In this document: positions 8,115 through 19,000 of the stretch, piece by piece
Numbering within the stretch: position 1 is the stretch's first letter
Layout: each line of letters begins with the position of its first letter
Virus record (IMG/VR): IMGVR_UViG_3300012926_000036
Location: 2,520 to 66,519 of that record
Strand: one strand, 5' to 3'
DNA: 64,000 bases
Origin: a virus
The notes under the pieces: generated by a model
Told to the model about the DNA's origin: nothing
The model's database searches: none
What the model saw: only the letters and a program-made list of their open reading frames with translations
Position numbers and translations under genes: made by a program

Positions 8115-8459
8115 ATGCTTTTCTGGTCAATATTCTTTTTTATTGTGCTCTGCTACCTGATTATTGCGCTTATTTTTAAAGCTGGTTACGATCTGGTGCG
8201 GGGTAGGAATGCTAATCATGCGCGCACACGGCACCCGTACCGTAGCTGGGACCCGAACGAGTACAAATCGCGCCGATGGAAAGCGCTGCGGTACTACGTA
8301 ATTCAACGAGAAGGTGGCCGATGCCAGATGTGCGGAGGCAAAGCCGAGACGGCACATCACTTATCGTATCGCGATGGCATTATTTGTAAACCTGAGCTGC
8401 TTCAGGCCCTCTGCTGGCCATGCCACAATGCGATACATGAAAAAAGTAAATGGAACTAA
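8115..8459 (+). CDS. HNH endonuclease with an N-terminal hydrophobic helix
   Basis: RWKALR...CQMCG...HHLSY...LQALCWPCH..IH; residues 1-22 hydrophobic. Confidence 0.8.
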   Translation: MLFWSIFFFIVLCYLIIALIFKAGYDLVRGRNANHARTRHPYRSWDPNEYKSRRWKALRYYVIQREGGRCQMCGGKAETAHHLSYRDGIICKPELLQALCWPCHNAIHEKSKWN

Positions 8460-8857
8460 TACCACCGCACATCCTTAAACTAATGGACCCTGACGCCCGG
8501 AAACAATTCGGTAAAGCTGGCGTCACTCCGGATGAACGCGCCCAGAAATCTAATCATTGGGCCGAGAAAGAGATGCATAACCAGTATCTAGGGTTCCTGA
8601 ACCGGGTAGGTCTAAAGCGGTACATTCACGCGCCGATGACAAGCCGATCCCCGTTACCGCCAGGCTGGCCAGATTTTACGGTGTTCGGCCCGATCGAGAA
8701 AGTGTTACTATTAGATTTTAAAACTCCGAACGGTGTTATATCAGACGACCAGCAAATCGTCTGGTCAGCACTTGCTGTAATGGGCCACGTTGTCCACGTA
8801 TTGACATCGTACGAAGAAGCTACCAAACTAACTGAGGAATATTTCGATCTGCTATGA
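8450..8857 (+). CDS. VRR-NUC-type nuclease
   Basis: GWPDFTV...LLDFKTPNGVISDDQ (PD-(D/E)xK, VRR-NUC pattern). Confidence 0.75.
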   Translation: MELIPPHILKLMDPDARKQFGKAGVTPDERAQKSNHWAEKEMHNQYLGFLNRVGLKRYIHAPMTSRSPLPPGWPDFTVFGPIEKVLLLDFKTPNGVISDDQQIVWSALAVMGHVVHVLTSYEEATKLTEEYFDLL

Positions 8858-9060
8858 CAACGAACGACATTATCCGTAAACTAGGGTATGAAATAAGTGC
8901 CCATTGCAAGGTATGTGAAATGATTCGGCCACTCAGCTACGAAGATTTAGAAATCGGCCTAGTGTGCGAATCATGTGTAGAGCACATTCGCCAGGTTGAC
9001 ATCATGCTTAACTACGAACTAATAATTGGGTGGTCTCGTCCGGTACATCCATACATATGA
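8854..9060 (+). CDS. Small Zn-finger hypothetical protein
   Basis: CKVC...CESC; ATGA overlap. Confidence 0.5.
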   Translation: MTTNDIIRKLGYEISAHCKVCEMIRPLSYEDLEIGLVCESCVEHIRQVDIMLNYELIIGWSRPVHPYI

Positions 9061-9293
9061 ACAACAACGAACATAATCACATTACTCCAATGCCGTCAGC
9101 ACCCGTAACCGCGCTCGGTAAACTGCTTTTCGAAATTGATCTAGACACCGAAGCGTTCAAGATCATGTTCGAACACCCGTCCACGATGCAATTGATACCA
9201 ATCCAGCTGATTCAAAACATTTTACCGATGTACGGAATTAAGCTGCTGGTCGAGGAGTACCGGCGCCAATCAAAAAAAGTTATTGTAGTGTAA
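9057..9293 (+). CDS. Hypothetical protein
   Basis: ORF from ATG 9057, ATGA-coupled to the previous gene. Confidence 0.45.
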   Translation: MNNNEHNHITPMPSAPVTALGKLLFEIDLDTEAFKIMFEHPSTMQLIPIQLIQNILPMYGIKLLVEEYRRQSKKVIVV

Positions 9294-9301
9294 AATACCG
9301 T

Positions 9302-9330
9302 TTGACACAACGTTTCTCACGGAATACTTT
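9302..9330 (+). promoter_or_regulatory. Sigma70-like promoter
   Basis: TTGACA (9302-9307), 17-nt spacer, TACTTT (9325-9330); ATG follows at 9336, so the mRNA may be leaderless. Confidence 0.55.
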
Positions 9331-9335
9331 ACTAC

Positions 9336-9464
9336 ATGAATAAAGGCAAGTCTCCGAGAGTCAAAGTAGTCTGTATGGAATGCGATAAAAGGTGGAGCGT
9401 TAACCCGAACGCTACCGACCCACGATGTTCTAAATGCGGCAGTGTTGATTTCGAAGTTGTTTAA
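9336..9464 (+). CDS. Small Zn-ribbon protein, 42 aa
   Basis: MNKGKSPRVKVVCMECDKRW...RCSKCGSVDFEVV. Confidence 0.55.
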   Translation: MNKGKSPRVKVVCMECDKRWSVNPNATDPRCSKCGSVDFEVV

Positions 9465-9552
9465 TGGACTGGAGGTTACTTATGGACAAGCTCGCTAAAA
9501 TGATTTTACGCCGGCTCTGGCTCCGGCAACGCCGAACGGCACTAAGGTTTGT

Positions 9553-9771
9553 ATGACGTACAATCAACGATGTAACCGGTTAGAGGATATGTATGAACGA
9601 AAATTCAAGAGAATCACCAAAGAATCATTGGATGAGTCCTGGGTCAAGCTCGACAACCATAAGTGGTTAATGCCGTGCCCCAGCTGCTATACCCAAGTTG
9701 AGGTGAATCTTGATATCCCTGAATATGTCAAATGCCCTAACTGCCGCTACGTGGTCCGAACCAATGATTGA
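9553..9771 (+). CDS. Small Zn-ribbon protein
   Basis: CPSC...CPNC. Confidence 0.5.
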   Translation: MTYNQRCNRLEDMYERKFKRITKESLDESWVKLDNHKWLMPCPSCYTQVEVNLDIPEYVKCPNCRYVVRTND

Positions 9772-9851
9772 ATGAGAACCGCGTTTTACCTCGTAATCTC
9801 GTTTCTCGTCCTTTGGATACTAATGGTAGGCTTCGCCTACTGTAGCCTGCA

Positions 9852-11369
9852 TTAGACTGCAACCTTCACGGTTGCAGTTTTCTGGTCAACGATCGATATC
9901 CGCTCAGTTTTCTGGTCAACGATCGATATCTGCTCAGTTTTCTGGTCAACGATCGACGCCAGCGCGGTGTACCCTTGAGTTGTGCTCATCAGCCGCATAC
10001 CGGCCCGTGGCCCTTGTGGCGACAAGCTAATGAGGGCGCCTGAATTAACCGCGTGCCCTTGCAAAATCCCGGCGAGTCGCTTCGTTACACTCAGTAACCC
10101 GGACCCGACCATTCGCCCGGTTGCGGTACCGACCAACCGCTTACTTACAACAATCACCCCGGTATCGATTGACCGCGGTTGACACGTACCACCGATTAGT
10201 TTCGTGGCCAGGAGCGCCCCGCCATTGATGGCCCGCGCGCTGCAAGATCCGCTCAACAATCGCCCGGACCCTAGGGCACCGGTATTCACCCCGCGCGCCG
10301 TCAAACTCCCGGCCAATAGCCGCCCAGAGTTCAACGCGCCAACGTTTACGCCTTTGGGCGTACATGACCCGGCCAACAACTTGGACGCCTTTAGAACGCC
10401 GCTATCAACTGCCTTAGGCGTGCATACGCCGGCCAGATGGATTGCACCACCACTCACCGTAAGCACGCCCGTATTGACCGCCCGCGCCGTGCACGTTCCA
10501 GCGATCGGTTTAGTTGCGGCGAGCGTACCAGAATTAACGCCCTTGGCTGTTACGACTGCTGCGAGTGGCTTAGTTGCGGCGAGGATTCCTGAATTCGCCG
10601 CCCGAGGCGTACAAGTACCGGCCAGAACCCTAACGCTTTGCAGGGTGCCGCTATTCACCCCTTTCGGCGTACACGTTCCAGTAACACGTTTAGTAGCCGC
10701 TAATGCACCGGAATTAACAGCTTTCGGTGTACATGTACCGACTAATATATTAACAACAACTAACGCACCGCTATTAACTCCTTTCGGTTGGCACGTACCA
10801 AGCAGTAATTTACTTGCTGCTAATATCCCTGTATTTACGGCTTTCGGCGTGCTAGTCCCGACGATTAACTTAGTGGCTTTTAATACCCCGGAGTTAACCG
10901 CCTTAGCTTGGCAAGTTCCGCTAAGCGCTAACCCGTTAAGCGCTCCTGAGTTTACCGCTTTAGGTGCGCACGTGCCGGCCAGCAGCTTTGACGCTTGAAG
11001 TATGCCGCTATTCGACGCTTTCGGTTGGCACGTTCCGGATAGCGGCTTGGTTGCCGCCAGTACACCGGTATTAACTCCAGTAGGTGTACATGTACCGACA
11101 AGTAATTTGGAAGCTTTAAAAACCCCTGAATTTACGCCTTTCGGTATACACGTTGCTGACAGTAGCTTAGTTGCTGCCAGAACACCGGTATTTACGCCTT
11201 TCGGTGCACACGACCCGGCTAACGGCTTAGTTGCAGCCAAGACACCGGTATTTACGCCTTTCGGCTGACACGTACCGGCTAACGCGATAGAGCCACCGCC
11301 ACCAGCGTCATTCCACGTGCGAACGGCATCGTTCCACGTGGTTACCGAGTCATTCCAGGTACCCGCCAT
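9852..11369 (-). CDS. Repeat-rich putative tail fibre / beta-solenoid virion protein
   Basis: About 20 copies of a ~20-aa unit (LAGTCTPKGVNTGVLAATK.), N-terminal TWND x3; last gene of the tail cluster. Confidence 0.65.
   Translation of the reverse strand: MAGTWNDSVTTWNDAVRTWNDAGGGGSIALAGTCQPKGVNTGVLAATKPLAGSCAPKGVNTGVLAATKLLSATCIPKGVNSGVFKASKLLVGTCTPTGVNTGVLAATKPLSGTCQPKASNSGILQASKLLAGTCAPKAVNSGALNGLALSGTCQAKAVNSGVLKATKLIVGTSTPKAVNTGILAASKLLLGTCQPKGVNSGALVVVNILVGTCTPKAVNSGALAATKRVTGTCTPKGVNSGTLQSVRVLAGTCTPRAANSGILAATKPLAAVVTAKGVNSGTLAATKPIAGTCTARAVNTGVLTVSGGAIHLAGVCTPKAVDSGVLKASKLLAGSCTPKGVNVGALNSGRLLAGSLTARGVNTGALGSGRLLSGSCSARAINGGALLATKLIGGTCQPRSIDTGVIVVSKRLVGTATGRMVGSGLLSVTKRLAGILQGHAVNSGALISLSPQGPRAGMRLMSTTQGYTALASIVDQKTEQISIVDQKTERISIVDQKTATVKVAV
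9875..9956. repeat. 30-nt tandem repeat (about 2.7 copies) inside a CDS
   Basis: CAGTTTTCTGGTCAACGATCGATATC(C/T)GCT repeated; encodes SIVDQKTE(Q/R)I on the minus strand. Confidence 0.9.
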
Positions 11370-11374
11370 TTATG

Positions 11375-11614
11375 CTATAAATGAGGCGCTTTTATTATCG
11401 AGCTCGATTCAACCGCGCTTAAGAACTCTTTCAGCATTGCGATCATTTCCGGCCTTGGCGCGCTCGACACGTAGTTGCACCGTTCAATATGGCCGCTGGG
11501 CCAAACCAGGACGGCATACATACCGAACCGGGGAAGACGTTTCTCTACATCTTTCCCGATAGCGGTCAACATCACCCGAGTTTTCTCGATAGCTTCTTCT
11601 TCAACTGATGCCAT
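11375..11614 (-). CDS. Hypothetical protein
   Basis: Tightly packed ORF within the tail cluster. Confidence 0.55.
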   Translation of the reverse strand: MASVEEEAIEKTRVMLTAIGKDVEKRLPRFGMYAVLVWPSGHIERCNYVSSAPRPEMIAMLKEFLSAVESSSIIKAPHL

Positions 11615-12031
11615 TTAAATTCCTCCGACTACTGCGGCACCAATTGCGATCGAGTACGGGTTACCGTTGGCAACCGTTTGCGAGGTTGTAAGATCAGCCC
11701 ATAAAAACAGATTACCAGAAGTTGACGCATCAAAGATACCCCATTGCGTTAAACTAACCCCGGCCCCGCTAGACGCTGTGCCCCAATTTATGATTGCTGA
11801 GTTACTAGTACTCCCAGCCGACAACGCCGCCCACGTACCGGTAGCAACAGTTAACGCCTGGCGCGCGTACCCGCCAATGTTACCAGACGTGGTTTCACCG
11901 GTTTGCGCGGTATCGCTAAACCCACCTGTACCAAGCCCCATGTAAAACGTGCCTGGAAACGTACCTGCTGTACCGCGAAGCAATTTTTCCAGTAACAGGT
12001 TCCAACAAAACTGAGTCATGCCACTAGCCAT
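11615..12031 (-). CDS. Small phage tail-fibre-associated protein
   Basis: YMGL.T...E...GGYARQA...SNSA.I.W.TA...WGIFDASTSGNL.W pattern, common in phage tail clusters. Confidence 0.7.
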   Translation of the reverse strand: MASGMTQFCWNLLLEKLLRGTAGTFPGTFYMGLGTGGFSDTAQTGETTSGNIGGYARQALTVATGTWAALSAGSTSNSAIINWGTASSGAGVSLTQWGIFDASTSGNLFLWADLTTSQTVANGNPYSIAIGAAVVGGI

Positions 12032-12066
12032 TTTTTATCTTTCTCTCTTTCACTTTTCTTTTATTT

Positions 12067-12720
12067 TTATCGCCCATAAATTCTTGGGTTAGCAGCTACA
12101 GTAGGAGCACCGGTCAACGTCCATCCTGTAGACGACACCGCGTCAGGCTCAGGCGAACTGCCACCGGTTAACCGCGCGTAACCGATTAATCCTTGTGGCC
12201 GAACAATTCTCGGGCTTGCTCCCGCTACAAGCGAGGCCACATCGGTAGCGCTAAGCGCTACGTTCCAGAATGCTGGGAACGCCATTTGCGCGTTAGCACT
12301 AGGGGTTTGTATCGCCCCATTATAAAAACATGCAGCAATCGCAGTTCTATTTAAATCTGCGGCCGTAGGAGTACATGACACAACACTTGAAACGGCTGTA
12401 TTATTAACGTACATGGTTCGGCTTGTGGCTGAAGCGAACACAGCGCAAATATAGTACCAAGTACCGTTAACTAACGTTACGGCCGGTTGCGCGGTAGCGT
12501 CATCTACAGCCCCGATAATCTCCGCAACCATCTGTCCATTATTCTGATACCATATCTGGTACAACGACGTTTTACTTGCTGTTGCACTTCCTATACCCAT
12601 AACAGCCCACCCAGTACTGGTCGTTGGGTTGAACCACGAACCCATTGATATCGGCATCACAGTCGCGATAGCAACCGATTTACTTAAGTACTGAGTAGAG
12701 CCGCTAAACGACCGAGCCAT
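12067..12720 (-). CDS. LamG/concanavalin-A-like lectin domain virion protein
   Basis: ISMGSWFNP, GTWYYICAVF, MYVN, WNVALSATDV. Confidence 0.75.
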   Translation of the reverse strand: MARSFSGSTQYLSKSVAIATVMPISMGSWFNPTTSTGWAVMGIGSATASKTSLYQIWYQNNGQMVAEIIGAVDDATAQPAVTLVNGTWYYICAVFASATSRTMYVNNTAVSSVVSCTPTAADLNRTAIAACFYNGAIQTPSANAQMAFPAFWNVALSATDVASLVAGASPRIVRPQGLIGYARLTGGSSPEPDAVSSTGWTLTGAPTVAANPRIYGR

Positions 12721-13779
12721 TTAATTGCTTGTCGCTGCAAAACTAGACCATCCGAATAAGTTTTGGTAATCTATAGGATGATTGCCACTAATCCAATAGA
12801 ACCCAATTCCTGGGTTACCGTTTGTGTACGTGCCGTCTGTTACCTGCATTTTTTGCACACCGTTAATGTACACCGTGATAACATTTCCTTTTATAGATGC
12901 CGTTAGCGTACCGTTGTTAATAGGCGATACACCGTGTACGGTACCCATAGGCGTAAAATTATTTACCGCACCGTTCCAACGCGCAATTGACAAATAGTCA
13001 TTATCCGGTGCCGCGTTCCACATGATCTCATACCCCGTGCAGTTATGCGCTGATATCGCGCTTCTGAGCCGGATCTCGCATTCGGCCGAGGCGTTATCGC
13101 GCGGAACACTTGTCACCATGACAGCTGTCACTGTCTGATCTGGACCCCATGTACCGGTAAGGATCGCGGTTGAATCGTTGTAGTTATTTCTATGAGCCTG
13201 GTTGCCGCGTGCCAGGTTCGGCACGGTAGATACGTTGGACCAGTCTAGACCTACTGCCGCACCGTTCTGCCAAATCCCGCCCTCCGATATCGGGTTCTCA
13301 GTTAACGGGAAACTAGTCGAATAATTGCGATTCACCGTAGGCGTCGGACTCGGCGTAGGTGCAGGGGTTGGCGTCGGGCTCGGAGTTCCAGATATTATTC
13401 TCAAATTTACCGGAGCGGCAGGCGTAGGGACCGGGGTAGGGGTAGGCACCGGGGTAGCGCTTGGCGTAGGCGTGGGAAGCGGAAACGTAAAAGTAACCGG
13501 AGAACTGGCTACGCTCGATACACCCGCTGAATTCACCGCCTTTGCCGAAACCGTGTAAGTCCCGACCGGGGTTGATGCGAGATCATAATTTAACTGGGTT
13601 GATCCGTCTGAATTATTCGTTGCCGGCACGGACATTGCCGATGCGCTGAATCCAGAAAGCGAATACGACGTAGGCCGAATATTCGCAGGAGCGGTTGGAG
13701 ACACCGGATCGCACACTAACAATGGTGACCCTAATAAAGGACCAGCTATCAACATTAATATAAGTATTGGTATTTTCAT
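12721..13779 (-). CDS. Secreted/virion protein with FN3-like domain, PT linkers and a beta-sandwich domain
   Basis: Signal peptide; [15 protein letters not shown]; PTPTP linkers; C-terminal [15 protein letters not shown]. Confidence 0.6.
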   Translation of the reverse strand: MKIPILILMLIAGPLLGSPLLVCDPVSPTAPANIRPTSYSLSGFSASAMSVPATNNSDGSTQLNYDLASTPVGTYTVSAKAVNSAGVSSVASSPVTFTFPLPTPTPSATPVPTPTPVPTPAAPVNLRIISGTPSPTPTPAPTPSPTPTVNRNYSTSFPLTENPISEGGIWQNGAAVGLDWSNVSTVPNLARGNQAHRNNYNDSTAILTGTWGPDQTVTAVMVTSVPRDNASAECEIRLRSAISAHNCTGYEIMWNAAPDNDYLSIARWNGAVNNFTPMGTVHGVSPINNGTLTASIKGNVITVYINGVQKMQVTDGTYTNGNPGIGFYWISGNHPIDYQNLFGWSSFAATSN

Positions 13780-13793
13780 AAATAACTTTTTAT

Positions 13794-14504
13794 TTAAGCA
13801 GCATTCTCGACTGAAACTGTAAATAATTGAGCATCGCCAACCATCGTATCAGCTGCGTCAGCGCCTAATCGTTGAACCTGAAGCCGGAACGGATCACCGG
13901 CTACTGAGCTTACCATATTGGCATACGGTATCGTAATAGCGGTCTCAGAAAATAATTCGACAGTACCGCCTACTGTAGTTGTGCCGGTTACTTGGGTACC
14001 AAAATGGTCACTGGCTACGGTAAGCACACCTAACCTTTCATAAGCTACCCCCCATTTCACGGCATTAGTAATCGCGGTAGCGCTCGCCCATTTAAGCCTG
14101 ACAATAATACCGCTTGCGAACACTTCGCCCCAAGGAACCATGCCAATAAATGTACTTGTCCACGTGGCAGCATCATTGAAAGCCAGAAACGGAATAGCGT
14201 TCACTGTGCCAAAAGTCGCATACAAGGTTGCGGGCGGGTTGCCCTCTAACCCAGCAACCCATTGCTTCCAAGGGCGCCGCCGTATCCGGTACTCATGACT
14301 GGTTGTGACCGTTGAGTTTGTCACCCCAACAGCAGCTTCTAGCGCAAGCTCAACAGTAATAATATTGTTCGTTATCCCGATTTGATCACCTTGATTCGTT
14401 CCAACGGCGTTCAACGGAGTTGTACCAGCAACGATCCCACTTGTAGGCCCTACAGTCGCCGCTGTATCAAGCGTAGTTGGATAAACCGGGGTACCTAAAG
14501 GCAT
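13794..14504 (-). CDS. Putative tail fibre / minor tail protein
   Basis: YPTTLD...[22 protein letters not shown]-terminal pattern; position in the tail cluster. Confidence 0.6.
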   Translation of the reverse strand: MPLGTPVYPTTLDTAATVGPTSGIVAGTTPLNAVGTNQGDQIGITNNIITVELALEAAVGVTNSTVTTSHEYRIRRRPWKQWVAGLEGNPPATLYATFGTVNAIPFLAFNDAATWTSTFIGMVPWGEVFASGIIVRLKWASATAITNAVKWGVAYERLGVLTVASDHFGTQVTGTTTVGGTVELFSETAITIPYANMVSSVAGDPFRLQVQRLGADAADTMVGDAQLFTVSVENAA

Positions 14505-14507
14505 AAT

Positions 14508-14867
14508 TTATTTCCTCGTTATGTTCGCCCTAATCTCAACCGTTGTAAGATTAGCTATCGTAAACGATTTACCACTACCGTCTGTTATAAGAACATCACT
14601 TAATAAATCTACCGTATCTGCTAATCCTTGAGTATCACTCAATCCTAGCACGGTCTGAAACGTGCCTGTCGCAGCGTTCGTAATAGTAATTCCTGAGTAC
14701 GGACTAGTTGTACCTTTAATAATGGACGCAGCCGAGTTCGGTAACGATTGGTCCGTTTTGAAACATTGCAATATCTGGCACCCAGTAAGGTTTACAATAG
14801 TCCCGTCGGAATGAAACGCCTGATGAACTATAGTTACATCGTTGTCTCGGTAAATTGTCAGTTTCAT
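14508..14867 (-). CDS. BppU-like baseplate/tail protein
   Basis: IYRDND...VNLTG...ITITNAATG.F...L...DT pattern; likely start at MKLTIYRD. Confidence 0.55.
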   Translation of the reverse strand: MKLTIYRDNDVTIVHQAFHSDGTIVNLTGCQILQCFKTDQSLPNSAASIIKGTTSPYSGITITNAATGTFQTVLGLSDTQGLADTVDLLSDVLITDGSGKSFTIANLTTVEIRANITRK

Positions 14868-15217
14868 GATAGTTGTAACGTCCCACCGTTTACCGTAATC
14901 GCCGTACATATACCCGATAAATTCACAGGATCTTGCGGCGCTATTCCTTTATATACCCACACTACTGGGCTAGCTCTAATATCAGCTGTTGCAAATAGGG
15001 TTCCGTCATCGCATAACGCAGCGACAGCAGCCACGCCACCTCCAGGAACGGCTACTAATTCCACAAACTCGCGGTCAACACGTTCCGTTGCTGATCCTAA
15101 TACCTTCCGTAACTGGTGACCAATAACCGGATCAATTAACCCCTTATTAATTGCAGCCAATAGTATCCCAGCAATCGAGTTAGCGTGATTTATGCCTATT
15201 GATACAACTGTAGCCAT
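14864..15217 (-). CDS. Hypothetical tail-region protein
   Basis: Operon packing only. Confidence 0.5.
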   Translation of the reverse strand: MATVVSIGINHANSIAGILLAAINKGLIDPVIGHQLRKVLGSATERVDREFVELVAVPGGGVAAVAALCDDGTLFATADIRASPVVWVYKGIAPQDPVNLSGICTAITVNGGTLQLS

Positions 15218-16039
15218 TTAATTCATTACAAGTTGCACTTGACTATTTACGGAGCTACCATGCGCAATCACCGTTGCTGAATTCAATAGACTAACCCCTG
15301 TGGTGTTCCATGTTATAAGTGTCGTACTGTTTTTTACCACTACTGGAATATTAGCACCTGACGGCGTAGATGCCTGTACTTTAGTTAACACTGTTACTCC
15401 GCTCGTATTTGAAAATGCTATATTAAGTGGAGTACCTATCCTATAATTCGTTAAGAACATAGTCATTCCACCAGTGTTGGTGTTATTTAAGTTTATAGTA
15501 ATCCGATCAGCTCCATTGCAATTTACTGTAGGACTAGCAGATATGGACCCTAATGCTGCCTGTAAAGCTCTTGAGGCTGATAAGAATCTAGCATCATTAA
15601 TGTTAATAGCAGTAATCGTTACTGCGGTGCTCGCAATTAATATGAACGCTAACGGCAATTGCCAAAGGTTATCTGGTAATGTCCTAACAGGAGTCACGCT
15701 TGTCGGGCCGTAAACAACCCCCGCGGTACCAGTCTGTAAATCCCAGTAGATGCACGCGTAATAGCTATTTGCACCAGGGGCAACCACCGGCACAGTTACG
15801 GGTGTTCCACCCGATTGAAAAAAGTAAGGATCAGTAGCGCCTATATGCGGAATATTAAACCCTGAATCTACGCGCACGGACATTGCGGCCGGTGAACTCG
15901 GGACCACGGCCAAACATCCGCTTGTTTGCCCGGCTATCGCTAAACACGCGTCTATTGAATTTGTGTACGACGTTCCATCACCGTAATTAGGTCGCCCTAA
16001 CGGATTATACGGTACAAGTGACTGCGCTACTCCTGGCAT
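15218..16039 (-). CDS. Putative tail protein
   Basis: VVPSSPAAMSVRVDSG...PLAFILIASTAVTITAININDAR pattern of phage minor tail proteins. Confidence 0.6.
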   Translation of the reverse strand: MPGVAQSLVPYNPLGRPNYGDGTSYTNSIDACLAIAGQTSGCLAVVPSSPAAMSVRVDSGFNIPHIGATDPYFFQSGGTPVTVPVVAPGANSYYACIYWDLQTGTAGVVYGPTSVTPVRTLPDNLWQLPLAFILIASTAVTITAININDARFLSASRALQAALGSISASPTVNCNGADRITINLNNTNTGGMTMFLTNYRIGTPLNIAFSNTSGVTVLTKVQASTPSGANIPVVVKNSTTLITWNTTGVSLLNSATVIAHGSSVNSQVQLVMN

Positions 16040-16053
16040 ATATGTTTAACTTT

Positions 16054-19000
16054 TCAAGCTCCTATTGAGTTCCAATTTATGTTACCGGCTATGGCTGACC
16101 CGGCGTTAAATATCTGTACTGTGAACGTTGCTAACGTGTAACTCGTGACGACAGCGTACGCGGATGTTCCCGATACGGCTGTAACAGTTACAGAAACTTT
16201 CTGTCTGTATGGCACCGGATAATGGATAGTTGCTCCCCCGGCAGGAATAGCTATAAAGAAATCACCTTGCGAAAGCTGATTGGCATCTAACAATATCCAT
16301 AATGACGATACCGATATCGGCCATAGCCCGGAAGTAGGATTCCACGATATGCGCGGTTTAATGTACCTATCCGACACGAACGTTGACGCTACCTCGTCCC
16401 ATACACTGGTAAACACAATATTGTCTTGACTAGTCTTTATTTGCGCAAAAATCGATGTCCAATATTTTGATGACCCGGCCACAATCTCTCCAGACATAGC
16501 GTTAACAAACCCTACGTTTTGCACACTGGGCGCGTACACAGATATCAATTCGCCGCTTAACGTTTTAACGAACCCAACCGGACTAGTGTTATCTAGCACT
16601 ATCCGCAGCCTGACGTAGCGCGACGTAAAATTCGTTGACGACGCTCCCGTACCACTAACTAACGTTGTCCAGGTAGAATTATCGTTTGACCAACTTATCG
16701 ATAACGTCTCAGATATTGCGCCGTTAGCGTACCCTGGAGCATACGTCGCGTTAATGGTCGAACTCCACGGAAACTGATTCGTTAAATCTTTAACGTAATC
16801 AATCGTGGTTGACGTTTGCACATCAAAAACGAACTGATCAAATATCTCAAACCCTGTACCGCCCCCGGTGTAACTAGCATTATGGATCGTTGTCGGCATC
16901 ACGCAGTACGCCGTCGGGTGCACAACGCCGTTAGTTATTATCGTATTATCCCACGATGGCGGTAGCGTAACGACTAGATCTAATGGTGGTAAATTATTTA
17001 GTACAAGCTTGAATTGTGCGTACCTAGCAACGTAATTAGTGTATAACGCGTTAGGGCCACTAATTAATTGCGTCCACGTCACAAGGTCGCTTGACCAGCT
17101 TATTGATAATTTAGCGGCAACAACAGCGTTAGAGTACCCAGGCTTATAATTAGCGTCTAATGTAGCATACCACGGATACGGTGCGTTAACATCCTGGATA
17201 TAACTTATAGTTGTTTTGGCTTGAACATCGAAAATGAATTGATCAAATAACTCGAACCCGGTACCACCTGGCGGAACGTAACTCGCGTTATGTATAGTGG
17301 TAGGAATAATGCAATACGCAGTTGGGTGCAATACCCCGTTTGCTATTGTCGCGTTCTCCCATAACGGGTTAAACACAATTATGAAATCTTCACCAGTAAC
17401 CGGCTGATTCTCTAACCCGATTAAATATTCCGTCACTACCTCGCTTGAGCGCACTGAGGTACCTGACCCTAAAGAATCTAATACCGGTAATTCAACCGTG
17501 CACGTTGACGGCCATCCGTTCACGAAATTATCGAATAACTCAAACCCGGTCCCACCTGGAGGCACGTAGTTTGCCGCTTGTGTATCCTGCGGCAGTAACG
17601 CGTACGCTGTAGGATGCACGAGACAGTTTGTGAATATTGTTCCGTTCCCGGTATCCCAATCAGGCGTACTCGCCACCCCGATATCAAGCGCGTGATTAAC
17701 CGGCCCGTAATTTTTCTCCGCTAAAATGTACGTGTACGCCGGGATATTCAGATCGTACGATACCGGAGCCGAGTACGTCCCGAACATGTCCATTGATGCC
17801 ACATAGAACGTCCACACGTTCGGCGGGATATTCGTTAACTGCACAGACCCTGCACTTGGCACCTTTGTCGCTGCAATCTTAGCCTTGAACCATGTGCCTC
17901 CGATCGCCCCGTACCGTATCTCGTACCCGACAGCTAACCCGGACGTATCATCTTTCCAACTGAATAGCACAGCATTCCCGTTAGTACCAACAATTAAGTT
18001 TGTTGGACCATTAAGACCGCCCCCGCCGCTATCGCCCTTGAACGTGTACGCAAAGATGGATGATAAACTTAAATCAAACGTGTTAGTTTGATTAAAGCCC
18101 TGCATTTTAAAATACCAGGTATCACCAATCTTCCACGATGGATGGCTTAGCACACCCATTCTCGACCGGGCAACAAACCACGCATTATCCAGCGCATTAT
18201 GAAACACTGGCTGCACTGTGCCGTAACACGCGCGCCTTGTGTAAATCCTGAACTGGTTATTACCAAGAGGTATAACCTGCCCCATTGACATTATCTCTTT
18301 ATTAAGAAATATTAACCACTCAAAATTATCGCGCTCAAGATCACTCTTAGAGATTAGCTCAACTAAATCTATGTCACCGGTAATTATCCATAACCCCTCG
18401 AACGTATCCACAACCGGAGTTTGTCCGTAATGCTGCTGTAACCTGCCCCATATAGCAAACCCCGATTGCACATTTATATGATCGTACACCTGGGAACCGA
18501 TCGGATCTCTAGTAAACCACGGGGTGAACCCTAGCATTAATGAATCATTACGCGCGGCCAATATCGCTATAACTATACCGGTAGTGCTTTTACCTAGCCC
18601 GGCTGGCAACTCTACAATACGCGCATTAGTAATATCTAGAGCTAAAATATCCGGACGGCTAGGGTACGTTGGCGCGTCTAACGAATACGCATACGTCCAT
18701 GTGCCGCGCTCCTGCTCAACGTCAAGATCACATATCCATTTTGTTGCCTCAGATAACGTTTTAGCTTTTAGCCGAAACAACCCCTGCATATTATAGGTCG
18801 TAGCCGCTATTTGAATTATGTCACCAGGGTTAGCGCCTGACACTAATTCTTTAGAAACACTTACCTTGCCAGATATTATAGGATTTGCGTACAGCGTACC
18901 CATAAAATACGCATGATAAAATGCTAGACCTGGGTGCGCTATCCAAGGCCGATCATACGTAACGAACCTAACAAACCCTTGAATCAACTGGTTACCAAAA

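Noticed and set aside
9875-9956. 30-nt repeats as a mini-CRISPR
   Set aside because: Head-to-tail with no spacers and in frame within a CDS.
10204-10998. 264-aa plus-strand ORF
   Set aside because: Antisense shadow of the repeat protein; likewise most plus-strand ORFs between 10 and 63 kb mirror minus-strand genes.
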